From a virus (taxonomy: Duplodnaviria; Caudoviricetes): a stretch of DNA of 35,726 nucleotides. Location: IMG/VR virus record IMGVR_UViG_3300033146_006881, positions 1 to 35,726 of that record; one strand, given 5' to 3'. The notes below the pieces were generated by a model. It was not told the DNA's origin and searched no databases. It saw only the letters and a list, made by a program, of their open reading frames with translations. Of this stretch, positions 1-8,790 are shown one piece after another (the stretch's first letter is position 1; each line of letters starts with the position of its first letter). A program made the translations under genes and the position numbers.

Positions 1-360
1 AACTATTTGGTTTGTAACAATGTTCATTGCCATGGCGTTGATTGAAAAGTCTCTCCGACCAAGGTCTTGTTCGATGGCAACTCCAACGCCAGTCAGTTCA
101 AAGGCACCGTAACCGTTACCATTGGACTTTTCTGTTCTGGACAGGGCTACCTCATCACCTTCGACAAGGAAGACGGGAAAGCTTGTACCAACTAGAGGTG
201 CGTCAGGAAAGTTGGCCTTGAATTCTTCCAGTGAGGCACAGACTACGAAATCTGTATCATTAACAGGAAGATCAAGGATGTGATCTCGGACGGCACCACC
301 AACAACGAAAGTTCTGTCGGCCAGCTTGGAATTTTTTAGTGTTGTATTCGTTATCTTCAT
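1..360 (-). CDS. cca: tRNA nucleotidyltransferase (class II CCA-adding/poly(A) polymerase family), N-terminal part, runs off window
   Basis: Not in ORF track. Manual translation from ATG at 360: MKITNTTLKNSKLADRTFVVGGAVRDHILDLPVNDTDFVV...GTSFPVFLV...EVALSRTEKSNGNGYGAF...IEQDLGRRDFSINAMA. Contains VGGAVRD, DxD, and RRDFxINAMA motifs and an E. coli CCA-like flexible loop. Confidence 0.9.
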   Translation of the reverse strand, partial: MKITNTTLKNSKLADRTFVVGGAVRDHILDLPVNDTDFVVCASLEEFKANFPDAPLVGTSFPVFLVEGDEVALSRTEKSNGNGYGAFELTGVGVAIEQDLGRRDFSINAMAMNIVTNQIV

Positions 361-366
361 AAATGT

Positions 367-395
367 ATTATAAACAATTCTGAAGGAAAAGTCAA
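367..395 (-). promoter_or_regulatory. sigma70-type early promoter of cca (leaderless)
   Basis: Minus strand TTGACT(395-390)-17 nt-TATAAT(372-367), then 6 nt to the ATG at 360; no SD. Confidence 0.85.
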
Positions 396-400
396 GCTTT

Positions 401-577
401 TTATCTAGAATAAATGAACGCTGAGGAATAAATTTTTCGCTCGGCGGGCTTCATGTTCGCTGGAGATATTTTTCGATAAACTATTTTATGTTTATCCGTA
501 TAAAACTCTTTTGGTGCTTCATTGTTTTTATAAAAAATAACAATATATTGGAGTGATGGAGTTTGAATAACAGTCAT
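401..577 (-). CDS. hypothetical 58-aa protein
   Basis: Manual: MTVIQTPSLQYIVIFYKNNEAPKEFYTDKHKIVYRKISPANMKPAERKIYSSAFIYSR*, AGAGGA SD upstream, fills the gap after gp5C; below ORF-track cutoff. Confidence 0.65.
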   Translation of the reverse strand: MTVIQTPSLQYIVIFYKNNEAPKEFYTDKHKIVYRKISPANMKPAERKIYSSAFIYSR

Positions 578-586
578 ATTAATCCT

Positions 587-1171
587 CTAATTCAAAAAAA
601 TCATTGGTGCTCTTAATCTAATAAATGTACCAGATCGATTTGTGGTATCAGCTCCGACCCTTTGATGATAATAACTGTCAATTCTATCATTCTTATGACC
701 ATGAATTTTTATATCCTCGTTTATGTCAATCTCAACTTTATGATTTTTATGGATAAATTCAATGTGGTCCTCGGAAATTTCCATTTTCAGATTTCCATGA
801 ACAAACTGAAATGAATCTGTTTCAGTCTTATCGGTTTTTAGATTTGGCTCAATATTAGTATAGGTACCATTAGGATGAAGAATATAAATTCTTTCATTCC
901 CTTCTGTTTCATCGACCATAATAACATGACCGGCATGGGTTTCAGTGATAACCCTAACCTTACCATATTTTCCCGCTTCAAGTTGGGGCTTAATATCTTT
1001 TTCATTTATACTGCCCCCAGCCGAATTATATTTTATTTTTGAATCTGGTACTAATTTGCCATTAGATGGTCCAGAAATTCTACCCTCTGAACCTTCTTTT
1101 TCAGGAATTCTTTGCTGTTGGTATCTAGAAGTTAAAGATTCAGGAGCATCTTTTTTCAAAAAATCAGACAT
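587..1171 (-). CDS. gp5-like baseplate spike, C-terminal (beta-helix) part
   Basis: TETHAGHVIMVDETEGNERIYILHPNGTYTNIEP resembles the post-lysozyme segment of T4 gp5, followed by 8-residue-period beta-helix repeats and a typical ...APMIFLN end. Confidence 0.85.
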   Translation of the reverse strand: MSDFLKKDAPESLTSRYQQQRIPEKEGSEGRISGPSNGKLVPDSKIKYNSAGGSINEKDIKPQLEAGKYGKVRVITETHAGHVIMVDETEGNERIYILHPNGTYTNIEPNLKTDKTETDSFQFVHGNLKMEISEDHIEFIHKNHKVEIDINEDIKIHGHKNDRIDSYYHQRVGADTTNRSGTFIRLRAPMIFLN

Positions 1172-2318
1172 TATATGGCTCTACTTTCAGCACTATCCCC
1201 TGATTTTGAAATTCTTCAGGAGCAGTTGGATAAACTGGCGGCAATGGATCGGGCAGCGGGTCTAAATCTAGTGAATTTGGGATTAAAGTTAGGATAACAT
1301 CACTAAATAAATCATCATTCCAAGTGATTGAATAATCCTGCCAAACAGGATTTATTACTTGGTTCGCCGGAAGTTCTGGATCATGGAATTGTTGGTAATT
1401 GAAGGATTGATTCATTAACTCGTATGGCTCATAATCTTTTCCAACAGGATCGATTACGTCTTTACTATAAGCTGCAGCCATTGAATTAAATCCCATCAAA
1501 ACATCGTTTTCATCACAATTAGACTGAAGGTGAACGGGAAATCTATATGAAGTATTGTGGTATCCTTCGGGTGGAGCACCTGGATCAGTCGGAAATGAAA
1601 TAGCATTATTAAACTCAAGAATTCTGATATTTAACTTGTCTTCAGGATCCTCTTGGATGTATTTTAATTCGTCTCTGTATAACCAACCGAGATAATCTTG
1701 ACCAAGTTTATTTTTCAATCTTTTTAATCTGACTGGTTGATTTGGTGTTCTAATCAAGATTGATACTGTGTTGGGAAAAGTTTGAGTAATTTGTCCTGGA
1801 GTGCGGCCCACAACTTCATGGATTTTTTCATAATTAGAAAAATTACAGCAGAAAAATTTTCTAGCTCTAAGCATATAAAGAATATCTTGAATTTGAAGGT
1901 ATATTTCAGCAATTTTTGTCCAAAGTTGGATACCTTCATTTACTTCATAGTTGTAAATATTTGGGTCGGAGCTAACACCTTTCCAATTTTTTGTAGGATT
2001 TAATTCCAAATCCAATCGATCACACATTAAATATAAATCATCTAATTTTTTCTCATCCACAGAAGGAAATGGTCTGGTAAAAGTTTCATCGGGAACCCTA
2101 TTATCTTTACTGAACGAACCCATAAAAGCTACAGAACCACTTAAAATTAAAGGAGTGACAATATTGAAATCTTGCCATTTTTCAGCAATATTAGCAATAT
2201 CGTTCTCTAATAATTGAACGAGATTTCTTATTTTTATCCAACCAATATTATCTTCAACAATTCCAGCTAAAAATAATCTAGATGTGCAAATTTCCATTGT
2301 TACCGTTGTTGTACTCAT
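1164..2318 (-). CDS. hypothetical 384-aa protein in the spike locus
   Basis: Long ORF with AAGGAG SD, overlaps the gp5C start; no motif recognised; Pro/acidic C-terminus. Confidence 0.8.
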   Translation of the reverse strand: MSTTTVTMEICTSRLFLAGIVEDNIGWIKIRNLVQLLENDIANIAEKWQDFNIVTPLILSGSVAFMGSFSKDNRVPDETFTRPFPSVDEKKLDDLYLMCDRLDLELNPTKNWKGVSSDPNIYNYEVNEGIQLWTKIAEIYLQIQDILYMLRARKFFCCNFSNYEKIHEVVGRTPGQITQTFPNTVSILIRTPNQPVRLKRLKNKLGQDYLGWLYRDELKYIQEDPEDKLNIRILEFNNAISFPTDPGAPPEGYHNTSYRFPVHLQSNCDENDVLMGFNSMAAAYSKDVIDPVGKDYEPYELMNQSFNYQQFHDPELPANQVINPVWQDYSITWNDDLFSDVILTLIPNSLDLDPLPDPLPPVYPTAPEEFQNQGIVLKVEPYNV

Positions 2319-2333
2319 TTAATTAATTCTCCT

Positions 2334-2645
2334 TTAGTTAGCAAAAACATTTGACGAAGCCGTAACAACAACACCGGTGCCGCATGGTAAATTATGAGCA
2401 TCACCTAATCGATGAACGCCACGATTGTTTACTAGAACATTTGGCGAAGCTTCTACAGCGTGGGAAACAGGACAGTGTGGACAAGTAGATACTCCAATAT
2501 CACCACGCCTCATAGTTCCCCGACCGTTAGTTAGTACATTTTTTGACCCACCGACATGAACCGAAATCCAAACATGAGGACAGCCAGCACAACAGCAAGC
2601 ACAGATTCCCATTGAAATATCACCATTTCGTGTAACTGGTCGCAT
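2334..2645 (-). CDS. PAAR-domain spike tip (gp5.4-like)
   Basis: PVTRNGD, GSKNVLTNGRGTMRRGD, ASPNVLVNNRGVHRLGD, ASSNVFAN repeats with His/Cys ligands. Confidence 0.92.
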   Translation of the reverse strand: MRPVTRNGDISMGICACCCAGCPHVWISVHVGGSKNVLTNGRGTMRRGDIGVSTCPHCPVSHAVEASPNVLVNNRGVHRLGDAHNLPCGTGVVVTASSNVFAN

Positions 2646-2648
2646 AAT

Positions 2649-2948
2649 TTATCCTTGAAGTGAACGAACCCAACCCATCCACAAAATGTGCATTGGATCA
2701 TTATTTATAAACTGGACGTACAGGAAATCTCCAACATCTGGAATATCTCCTGAAGAAAATTTAGAAAACGCCATACGATCCGCCCACAGAGCATTTTCTA
2801 ATTTATCGTTGCTCATGTCGTGTATACCGATAACGCGAACCAGGACCCTCTCCATGGCCTTAGGATCGTTATTATCGACAACTAAAGCAATATGAATTCC
2901 GCTTAATGAAACATCGGAACCTGTTACTTGCCAATCTTGTTTTTTCAT
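2649..2948 (-). CDS. gp5-like N-terminal OB-fold (stand-alone)
   Basis: VVDNNDP..ERVLVRVIGIHD...WA...IPDVGDFLYVQFINNDPMHILWMG matches the gp5/VgrG/gpV OB-fold; ends at TAA after 99 aa. Confidence 0.88.
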   Translation of the reverse strand: MKKQDWQVTGSDVSLSGIHIALVVDNNDPKAMERVLVRVIGIHDMSNDKLENALWADRMAFSKFSSGDIPDVGDFLYVQFINNDPMHILWMGWVRSLQG

Positions 2949-4207
2949 TTGTTGTCCTCAAATTGAGCGATTTTTTTCCACTGAACTAAATCTGTTCGAT
3001 CAAACGCACCAAAACCATCCCGGCATAAAGTCATTGCTTGATTATAAGCATCGTTTTTGAAAACATGATTAATGTTTCTAATTAAATAGTGTCCTTCTAA
3101 AAACTTGTGTCGAATTTTTTTATCCACTTGGGACTTGATACTAGGAAAATCAAATTTTACAATCATTCCTGCTGTTCTATTGGTATTTCCAGGAAGAACC
3201 AAATTGAATTTTAACATATCTGAAAAAAGATTGCAATATCTGTCATTTCGTTGGCCATCTACATAATTTTTAAATTCTTTTTCGGTTCGAATTTTCTGTT
3301 GATGTATTGGACCAACATTAGTCGAAATACTCCGAAATTCTTCAGTAGCGTGATCCTTGAGCAGTGGCATAGTTGGCGCTAAATGAAACAAATCCAATTT
3401 ATCAACTGATTTTGAAGATGTATAAAATTTAGTGTGATCATAATCAAAAGATATGGAATCAGTTTGAAAAACACCTTGATTTAAATATCGCAAAGAATCG
3501 AAATATGATTCTAAAAATATCTTTTCGACATTTCCATCATATAATATATTTTGTGTTCCGAAAATAAGATCAGAAGAATGCTTTCCCCAATTACCCTCAA
3601 ACAAATAATTAATGGACATACCTATAATCGATTGTTGATTGAGATTATCATAAATAGTATAACCAGTTTGTTCGGGTTTGCCATGCATTCCATTTATAAG
3701 ATATTTAATAGAATGAGCAACAGTCCAATTCGGAAAAACAATTCTTTCGATTTTTTTATCTATAGGAGGATAAATACCTTCAAAACTTCCACCGCATTCA
3801 TTAACAATTAAGTCTTCTAGAATTTCCTCATAGGTAACATTTTTATAAGCTTTTGAGACTTGTTTTGTAATCGCTTTGAACCACCACGCAGAACAAAAAT
3901 GGAGTACAGTTAAAGGAAATGTATGCTCAATATCAATTTGACCTCCATCGGCTGAAGTTATAATTCCTTTGAAAGTAAAAGGATTGTTACTTTCAGTTTC
4001 AGTGTCAAACATCAATTCAATTGTATCACCAGCAAACACTTCTTTAAATTCTAAAAGAGCTTCCCGATCTTTGATTGCTGCAGTGCCTGTTAGGGCAGGA
4101 TTAGTCAAACCTTCATAAATATTAATTACTTCTATGTTACCAATATCAATATCTTTTCCAGCAATTGCTATTTTTTTAAGACTATAATTATCCGCTGTTC
4201 TACTCAT
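2945..4207 (-). CDS. baseplate hub protein (gp27-like)
   Basis: INIYEGL...LTG, VSKAYK, VLPGN...AGMIV, EGHYLIRNINHVF motifs; located between gp53 and gp5. Confidence 0.75.
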   Translation of the reverse strand: MSRTADNYSLKKIAIAGKDIDIGNIEVINIYEGLTNPALTGTAAIKDREALLEFKEVFAGDTIELMFDTETESNNPFTFKGIITSADGGQIDIEHTFPLTVLHFCSAWWFKAITKQVSKAYKNVTYEEILEDLIVNECGGSFEGIYPPIDKKIERIVFPNWTVAHSIKYLINGMHGKPEQTGYTIYDNLNQQSIIGMSINYLFEGNWGKHSSDLIFGTQNILYDGNVEKIFLESYFDSLRYLNQGVFQTDSISFDYDHTKFYTSSKSVDKLDLFHLAPTMPLLKDHATEEFRSISTNVGPIHQQKIRTEKEFKNYVDGQRNDRYCNLFSDMLKFNLVLPGNTNRTAGMIVKFDFPSIKSQVDKKIRHKFLEGHYLIRNINHVFKNDAYNQAMTLCRDGFGAFDRTDLVQWKKIAQFEDNK

Positions 4208-4725
4208 TATCTATCCTTTAACATTGCTTCTCTAAATTGCCAGATAACATCAGCAATAATAGTTTCTTTAGGAATGGAAATCTCTCTCCGAAGTTCGTTT
4301 GCTTCAGCCAATAATTTATAATAAATATTTTTTGGATATTTTCCTTCGCGTTCTTCTAAAATTCCGGCAAAGGTAACGAGTTGTTCTTCAGTCAATGGCA
4401 TATCGAAAAATGGATTTTTGATATTATTAAAAATCGCTATGATCCACCAATAATCAATTGTTTTATAGAATTTGAAACTGATATTCTCGATTCTTTCATC
4501 AGTACCAATATTGTATTTAAAGAAACTAGCACCGTCTCTTTTATATCTTTCTAGAATTTTATATTGTTCAAAAAGATTTTTAATCTTCACTTTTACAGGC
4601 TGTAAGTTTGAAAATTTTAATTCATACTTATCATCAGAAAAATTTTGAAGAAATTTAGAAAGATCAATTTCCATTTCCTTCAACTGATCAAAATAACTAA
4701 AATGTGTAGATTTATTTTTAGACAT
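4207..4725 (-). CDS. baseplate wedge subunit gp53-like
   Basis: YFSYF-like start; ERIENISFKFYKTIDYWWIIAIFNNIKNPFFDMPL; NELRREISI. Confidence 0.88.
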   Translation of the reverse strand: MSKNKSTHFSYFDQLKEMEIDLSKFLQNFSDDKYELKFSNLQPVKVKIKNLFEQYKILERYKRDGASFFKYNIGTDERIENISFKFYKTIDYWWIIAIFNNIKNPFFDMPLTEEQLVTFAGILEEREGKYPKNIYYKLLAEANELRREISIPKETIIADVIWQFREAMLKDR

Positions 4726-4734
4726 TTTTATTCC

Positions 4735-5505
4735 TTAAATATTATTCCAACCAGGTCGCAAGGACTTAAACGTTAAATTTAAAGATGTTTGGATTGGAGT
4801 ACCATCTTTGTAAAACAATGCTTCATTTGCGCCGCCGCCATGGGTAGCTGAGTATCCTTCAAGAACCATATTAGTATAATGAAATAATTCAGTATGTAGA
4901 TTTTTGCTGGAAACACCACCTTGTGAACTTTTTTGGGGATTGACAAAAATATCGAATATTGGGGGATATGCCATCCAAATTTTATCACCGGAAGTATCTA
5001 AAGTGGGTTGAGACCATTCCCTAAAATATTTAATAATCTTTAAAACCATTTTTCCTTCGTCTGGTGTTTGTGGAGCTAAGTCAAAATTTAAAGACATTGA
5101 GTATCTACCAACTTCATCAAGAACCAATACTGAGGTTGGTTTCATTGTTAAACCTTTTTTAGCTCCTAAGTTAGATTTTAAATTTTTAATAGAACCTGCA
5201 GCAAAATCTTCACCCAATTTCAACCCCATTTGAGCTGCTGAAGTTGATAAACTTTCCCAAAAATTGCCACTTTCAAAATTTTGAACTAACACTGATGGAT
5301 CTTCAACAGACCAACTTGAATTGACTCCTTGGACTAGACCCGTTGGAATATAAAAATAACAATTTCTAATGGTTTTGGACTGTTTATTTTGATCACCAGG
5401 AACATCAGCATCAGGCAAAGAATAAGTTTTTGCCGTGATTCTTATATGGGAATATTGTTTAACATTCATTGGATATGTTAAATCGCCAGGCGTAGTATCA
5501 ATCAT
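4735..5505 (-). CDS. baseplate tail-tube cap gp48-like
   Basis: LTYP, YIP, FDLAPQTPDEGKMVLKIIKYFR, YPPIFDI, FYKDGTPIQTSLNLTF. Confidence 0.85.
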   Translation of the reverse strand: MIDTTPGDLTYPMNVKQYSHIRITAKTYSLPDADVPGDQNKQSKTIRNCYFYIPTGLVQGVNSSWSVEDPSVLVQNFESGNFWESLSTSAAQMGLKLGEDFAAGSIKNLKSNLGAKKGLTMKPTSVLVLDEVGRYSMSLNFDLAPQTPDEGKMVLKIIKYFREWSQPTLDTSGDKIWMAYPPIFDIFVNPQKSSQGGVSSKNLHTELFHYTNMVLEGYSATHGGGANEALFYKDGTPIQTSLNLTFKSLRPGWNNI

Positions 5506-5516
5506 GATTTTTTACC

Positions 5517-7928
5517 TTATACATTATCTAATAATCTATTGCCAAAATTCTTATCATCAGAAGTACCTATCCAACCACCACTTGTTGTTCGTGGCATTGG
5601 AGCACTTGCCGGAGCTTGCGGGGCAGGTATAATAATTGGAGTATTCGCAGTGGAATTATTTAGTTTAGTTTTTTCAGCCTCTTTTGCTGCTTCAGAATAC
5701 GCATAGTTTCCACCGTGTTCTTCTTGATTTTTCAAAAACTTGTTTCTTTTGGCTTCAACAGCCTTTTCATCCTCTTTGGTAATTCTTTTGATGATCTCAA
5801 TTTTAGCTCTCAGGCGGTCTTTTTTAGACGCATCTTTTAGCTCGTCAGAATCTTTGATCTTGCTCCATTCATCATCTACTCTTGATGGTCTAGATTTGTA
5901 GAGGTCTTCTTTTTGTTTTTCTCCATACTTTTCATCATAGGCATATATAGTTTTCTCGCCCCAGACAGGATCAATCCCGAAATTTTTTGTAGTTGGAACA
6001 TAAGCTTTATCAGAACGAACGGTTTCATGCTCTTTCCCGCCTGTCACGGTTTCGGTTACTTTTTTTGATGAGGTAGATTTTGTTGTCTTTTTGCCTTTAC
6101 CTTTTTTGGCAGAACTTAATGGTCCATCTTCCCAGTTGTCATCATCTTTATCATCCCATTTGTCGTCTTTGTCATAAAAGGCATCATCTTCTTTTTTGGT
6201 TATCGCAGCGTTGGCATCCCTTATTTTCTTCCGACCAACAGCTCTACGCTCACTCTCCGCAATTTCTTCATCTGTAGCTCCTACAGCCCAGCTCCAATCA
6301 TCTTCGTGTTGGTTTTTGAGATCGTCAGGAATTTCCTGGTAATCCACACCATCCATTTCTTTTTCCATTTTTGCCTGGCGTTCTTTTATTTTCTCGGCAA
6401 AAGTAGGTTTATTCTTAGTAGGTTTTGCTTTAGGTTCTTCCTTAACTACAGGCGTTTCATCTTTTGGTTTAGTCTTTATAGGTTCTTCTGGTTTTTTCGC
6501 GTTTTCTCCATCTTCCTTAATTTTCTTTCGCCGTTCGTAGTCTTCTGTCCCTTTTTCCTGATAACCTATTTTTTTTCTAATATTATAAACTCGTTCAAAC
6601 TCCGCCTGATCAGCTTTTTCTTTGATTTTGATATCAGCTTGTTTTTCTTCAGGTGTCATAATAGTTTTCTTACCTGCTTTTAAAGTTTCAAGCTCTATTC
6701 TCTTAGTTTCAATTTTGGCCCGTTCATCGGCAGTTTTCCAAATACCAGCATCATCTTTTGCTTGTTCAAGTTCTTTTTCTTTCGCAGAAATTAACTCTGT
6801 CATTGTTTCTTTTTGTGTTTCTATAGAATCTCCTGAATTTGTAACTTCTGTAATTTTATCCAGAGCATTAGTTTTCGCTTGAATTTCTCTTTTGGATGCG
6901 GCTTTATCTCGATCTTCTTCAAGACCCTTGCCCCAACTTTCTAACCAACTTATTCCACCGAATATAGCGGCAATTCCAGCAACAGCAAGAGCAATCGGAC
7001 CAGTCACTCCAAGTAATGTAATTAAAGGACCAGTCGCTAACATAGTTTTTAGGGCATTCATTCCTAATAACATATCTGCCGTGTTATCCAGAAAACCAGG
7101 ATCATTCTCATCATCTTCATCGGCCTTCTTATTATCCTTTTGAACTTTGGCCAAAGTACCTGGTTTTGTTTCCGTCTTCTTTATATCATCATTTTTTAAT
7201 TTATTATCTTCTGTGTTTTCTTCAGCATTTTCTAAAATATCATTTTCAGTATCAGTTAAATCAATTAGATTATCATTAAATTCACTAAATTGATCCGAAG
7301 TGGGCATCATACCAAAGCCCTTTAATAGAATGTCATTTCTTGTCTGGGCTAAAGCTCGTAGTTCTCCATCCTCTCCATCGTTTTGACTTGTTTCTTGAGT
7401 TTCTTGAATTTTGGTATCTTGTGTTTCTGTTTCTTCAGTATTTTCAGTTTCTTTTAATTTATCTTCTTGATATACTTGTTCTCTAGCGGCATCAATTCTA
7501 GAACTTCTCTGACCAAGAGCGTTGGCAGCTAAGTTAAATAATGGATTTTCTGTAGCTACACCAGCAACGTGCATTGCGCCTTGTAAACCTTTGCCCAACA
7601 TATTGGCCAATCCACGGCCACTAAAAATCTTGTCCCCTTCAGTTAGACCCATGCCCTGTTGGATAGCACTTTTTCCACCCTCCATTACAGCTTTTTTCTT
7701 AACCTGTGTTTTGGACAGAACTTTTCCTTCGGCTATAGCGTCTTTCAAAATCTTGTGTTCTACTTCCAAGATTTTTTCTCTAGCTTTAAAAATTCCTTCA
7801 TTTAAAGCTCTTGCTTCTCGGAGACTTTTTCTGGATGAAGATGCTAAAATTTCCTCACGTTTGATCATAAGGTCCAATGCTTCTTTTTGAACATCTTCAA
7901 ATTTATTTTCTGTTTTGGTTTCAGTCAT
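5517..7928 (-). CDS. tape measure / hub protein (gp29-like)
   Basis: About 800 aa, helical/charged, with central Gly/Ala hydrophobic stretch (LLGVTGPIALAVAGIAAIFGG) and Asn/Pro/Thr tail; directly upstream of gp48 as in T4. Start ATG 7928 or GTG 7931. Confidence 0.7.
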   Translation of the reverse strand: MTETKTENKFEDVQKEALDLMIKREEILASSSRKSLREARALNEGIFKAREKILEVEHKILKDAIAEGKVLSKTQVKKKAVMEGGKSAIQQGMGLTEGDKIFSGRGLANMLGKGLQGAMHVAGVATENPLFNLAANALGQRSSRIDAAREQVYQEDKLKETENTEETETQDTKIQETQETSQNDGEDGELRALAQTRNDILLKGFGMMPTSDQFSEFNDNLIDLTDTENDILENAEENTEDNKLKNDDIKKTETKPGTLAKVQKDNKKADEDDENDPGFLDNTADMLLGMNALKTMLATGPLITLLGVTGPIALAVAGIAAIFGGISWLESWGKGLEEDRDKAASKREIQAKTNALDKITEVTNSGDSIETQKETMTELISAKEKELEQAKDDAGIWKTADERAKIETKRIELETLKAGKKTIMTPEEKQADIKIKEKADQAEFERVYNIRKKIGYQEKGTEDYERRKKIKEDGENAKKPEEPIKTKPKDETPVVKEEPKAKPTKNKPTFAEKIKERQAKMEKEMDGVDYQEIPDDLKNQHEDDWSWAVGATDEEIAESERRAVGRKKIRDANAAITKKEDDAFYDKDDKWDDKDDDNWEDGPLSSAKKGKGKKTTKSTSSKKVTETVTGGKEHETVRSDKAYVPTTKNFGIDPVWGEKTIYAYDEKYGEKQKEDLYKSRPSRVDDEWSKIKDSDELKDASKKDRLRAKIEIIKRITKEDEKAVEAKRNKFLKNQEEHGGNYAYSEAAKEAEKTKLNNSTANTPIIIPAPQAPASAPMPRTTSGGWIGTSDDKNFGNRLLDNV

Positions 7929-8094
7929 CACCGTTCAACTTTTTTCTATGGGCTATTAACAGATAGTAATTAATATCAAACTCAAAAGGATACATATTTT
8001 CAACTTCTTCGGTACTATAATTGCCATATTGTTTCATGTAAAATTTCGCATTAAACAAAGATTCAACAGTAGTGTCTAATGCGATTAGACGAAA
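7921..8094 (-). CDS. gp51-like frame, probable -1 frameshift extension of gp26-like
   Basis: Manual: FRLIALDTTVESLFNAKFYMKQYGNYSTEEVENMYPFEFDINYYLLIAHRKKLNGDD*; resembles the short MQHHxYSxxEIENMxPWERDIY proteins of T4-like phages; no SD-backed start. Confidence 0.78.
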   Translation of the reverse strand, partial: FRLIALDTTVESLFNAKFYMKQYGNYSTEEVENMYPFEFDINYYLLIAHRKKLNGDD

Positions 8095-8780
8095 AAATCA
8101 ATTATGTCATCCACATAAACTTTAACTTTCCGCTTACATTTTTTACATTCGAAAGATTTATCAATGGCAACAGTGCTTGTTTTAAGAATGATTTGATTCA
8201 CTAATTCTTTGAACTCATCATTCTCTAGTTCTTCTCCCAAATATTTTTCAATCTCCTCTGTACTGAGATTAGGGAAGATTTCATCCCCTACAGCAATGGA
8301 CTTTATGGAGTGGATAAGGTACTGAAACCGTTTTTCTTCACTTGTTTTCAGTGTAGAAAGCTTCAGCACTTCACCTTTAGTCAATTCTTTGACTTCAAAA
8401 GTCAAGTCGTTGATTTCAATTGGCCCAGCGTCAAACGGAACAAATCTAGCATCCTCGTTGAGGTCAATGATAAGTTCAGAGTTATGCTCACCACAATTTG
8501 GACAAGTGAAGCCAAGTTCATGTTCTGATCCTTTGCTAGAACATCTAATTTCAATCGCCAATCTAAGAAAATCGACTTCGGACATTTTTTGAAAATCAAC
8601 GTCTTGAACACATTTTGAAAGGAGTTCTTCAATATGCGCCCCGATTTCTGATCGTTCAATTCCCTCAACTGCATACATAAATTCTTGTTCATTTTTAACT
8701 AACCAAGGGGTATATTTTATAACTTGACCATCTTGGCACTTAAACTCGTGTTGGTGTCTTTTAATTCGTTTTGGTAACAT
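8085..8780 (-). CDS. baseplate hub assembly chaperone gp26-like
   Basis: MLPK, IKYTPWLVKNEQ, IEIRCSSKG, CPNC and CKKC zinc pairs, terminal DFF. Confidence 0.85.
   Translation of the reverse strand: MLPKRIKRHQHEFKCQDGQVIKYTPWLVKNEQEFMYAVEGIERSEIGAHIEELLSKCVQDVDFQKMSEVDFLRLAIEIRCSSKGSEHELGFTCPNCGEHNSELIIDLNEDARFVPFDAGPIEINDLTFEVKELTKGEVLKLSTLKTSEEKRFQYLIHSIKSIAVGDEIFPNLSTEEIEKYLGEELENDEFKELVNQIILKTSTVAIDKSFECKKCKRKVKVYVDDIIDFFV
8091..8097 (-). promoter_or_regulatory. putative -1 slippery heptamer T TTT TTC
   Basis: GAT TTT TTC GTC TAA at the end of gp26-like; X XXY YYZ in correct phase; -1 frame open for 56 more codons. Confidence 0.7.
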
Positions 8781-8790
8781 TTGGAACTCC

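Noticed and set aside
2702-2709. Intragenic TATAAATA (also 35327-35334) as late promoters
   Set aside because: Inside coding sequence of an AT-rich genome, so chance occurrence is plausible; the 2702 copy upstream of PAAR cannot be excluded.
587-4207. Bacterial T6SS or eCIS locus
   Set aside because: gp32, gp33, late promoters and gp6/7/8/25/26/48/53 show a T4-like phage context.
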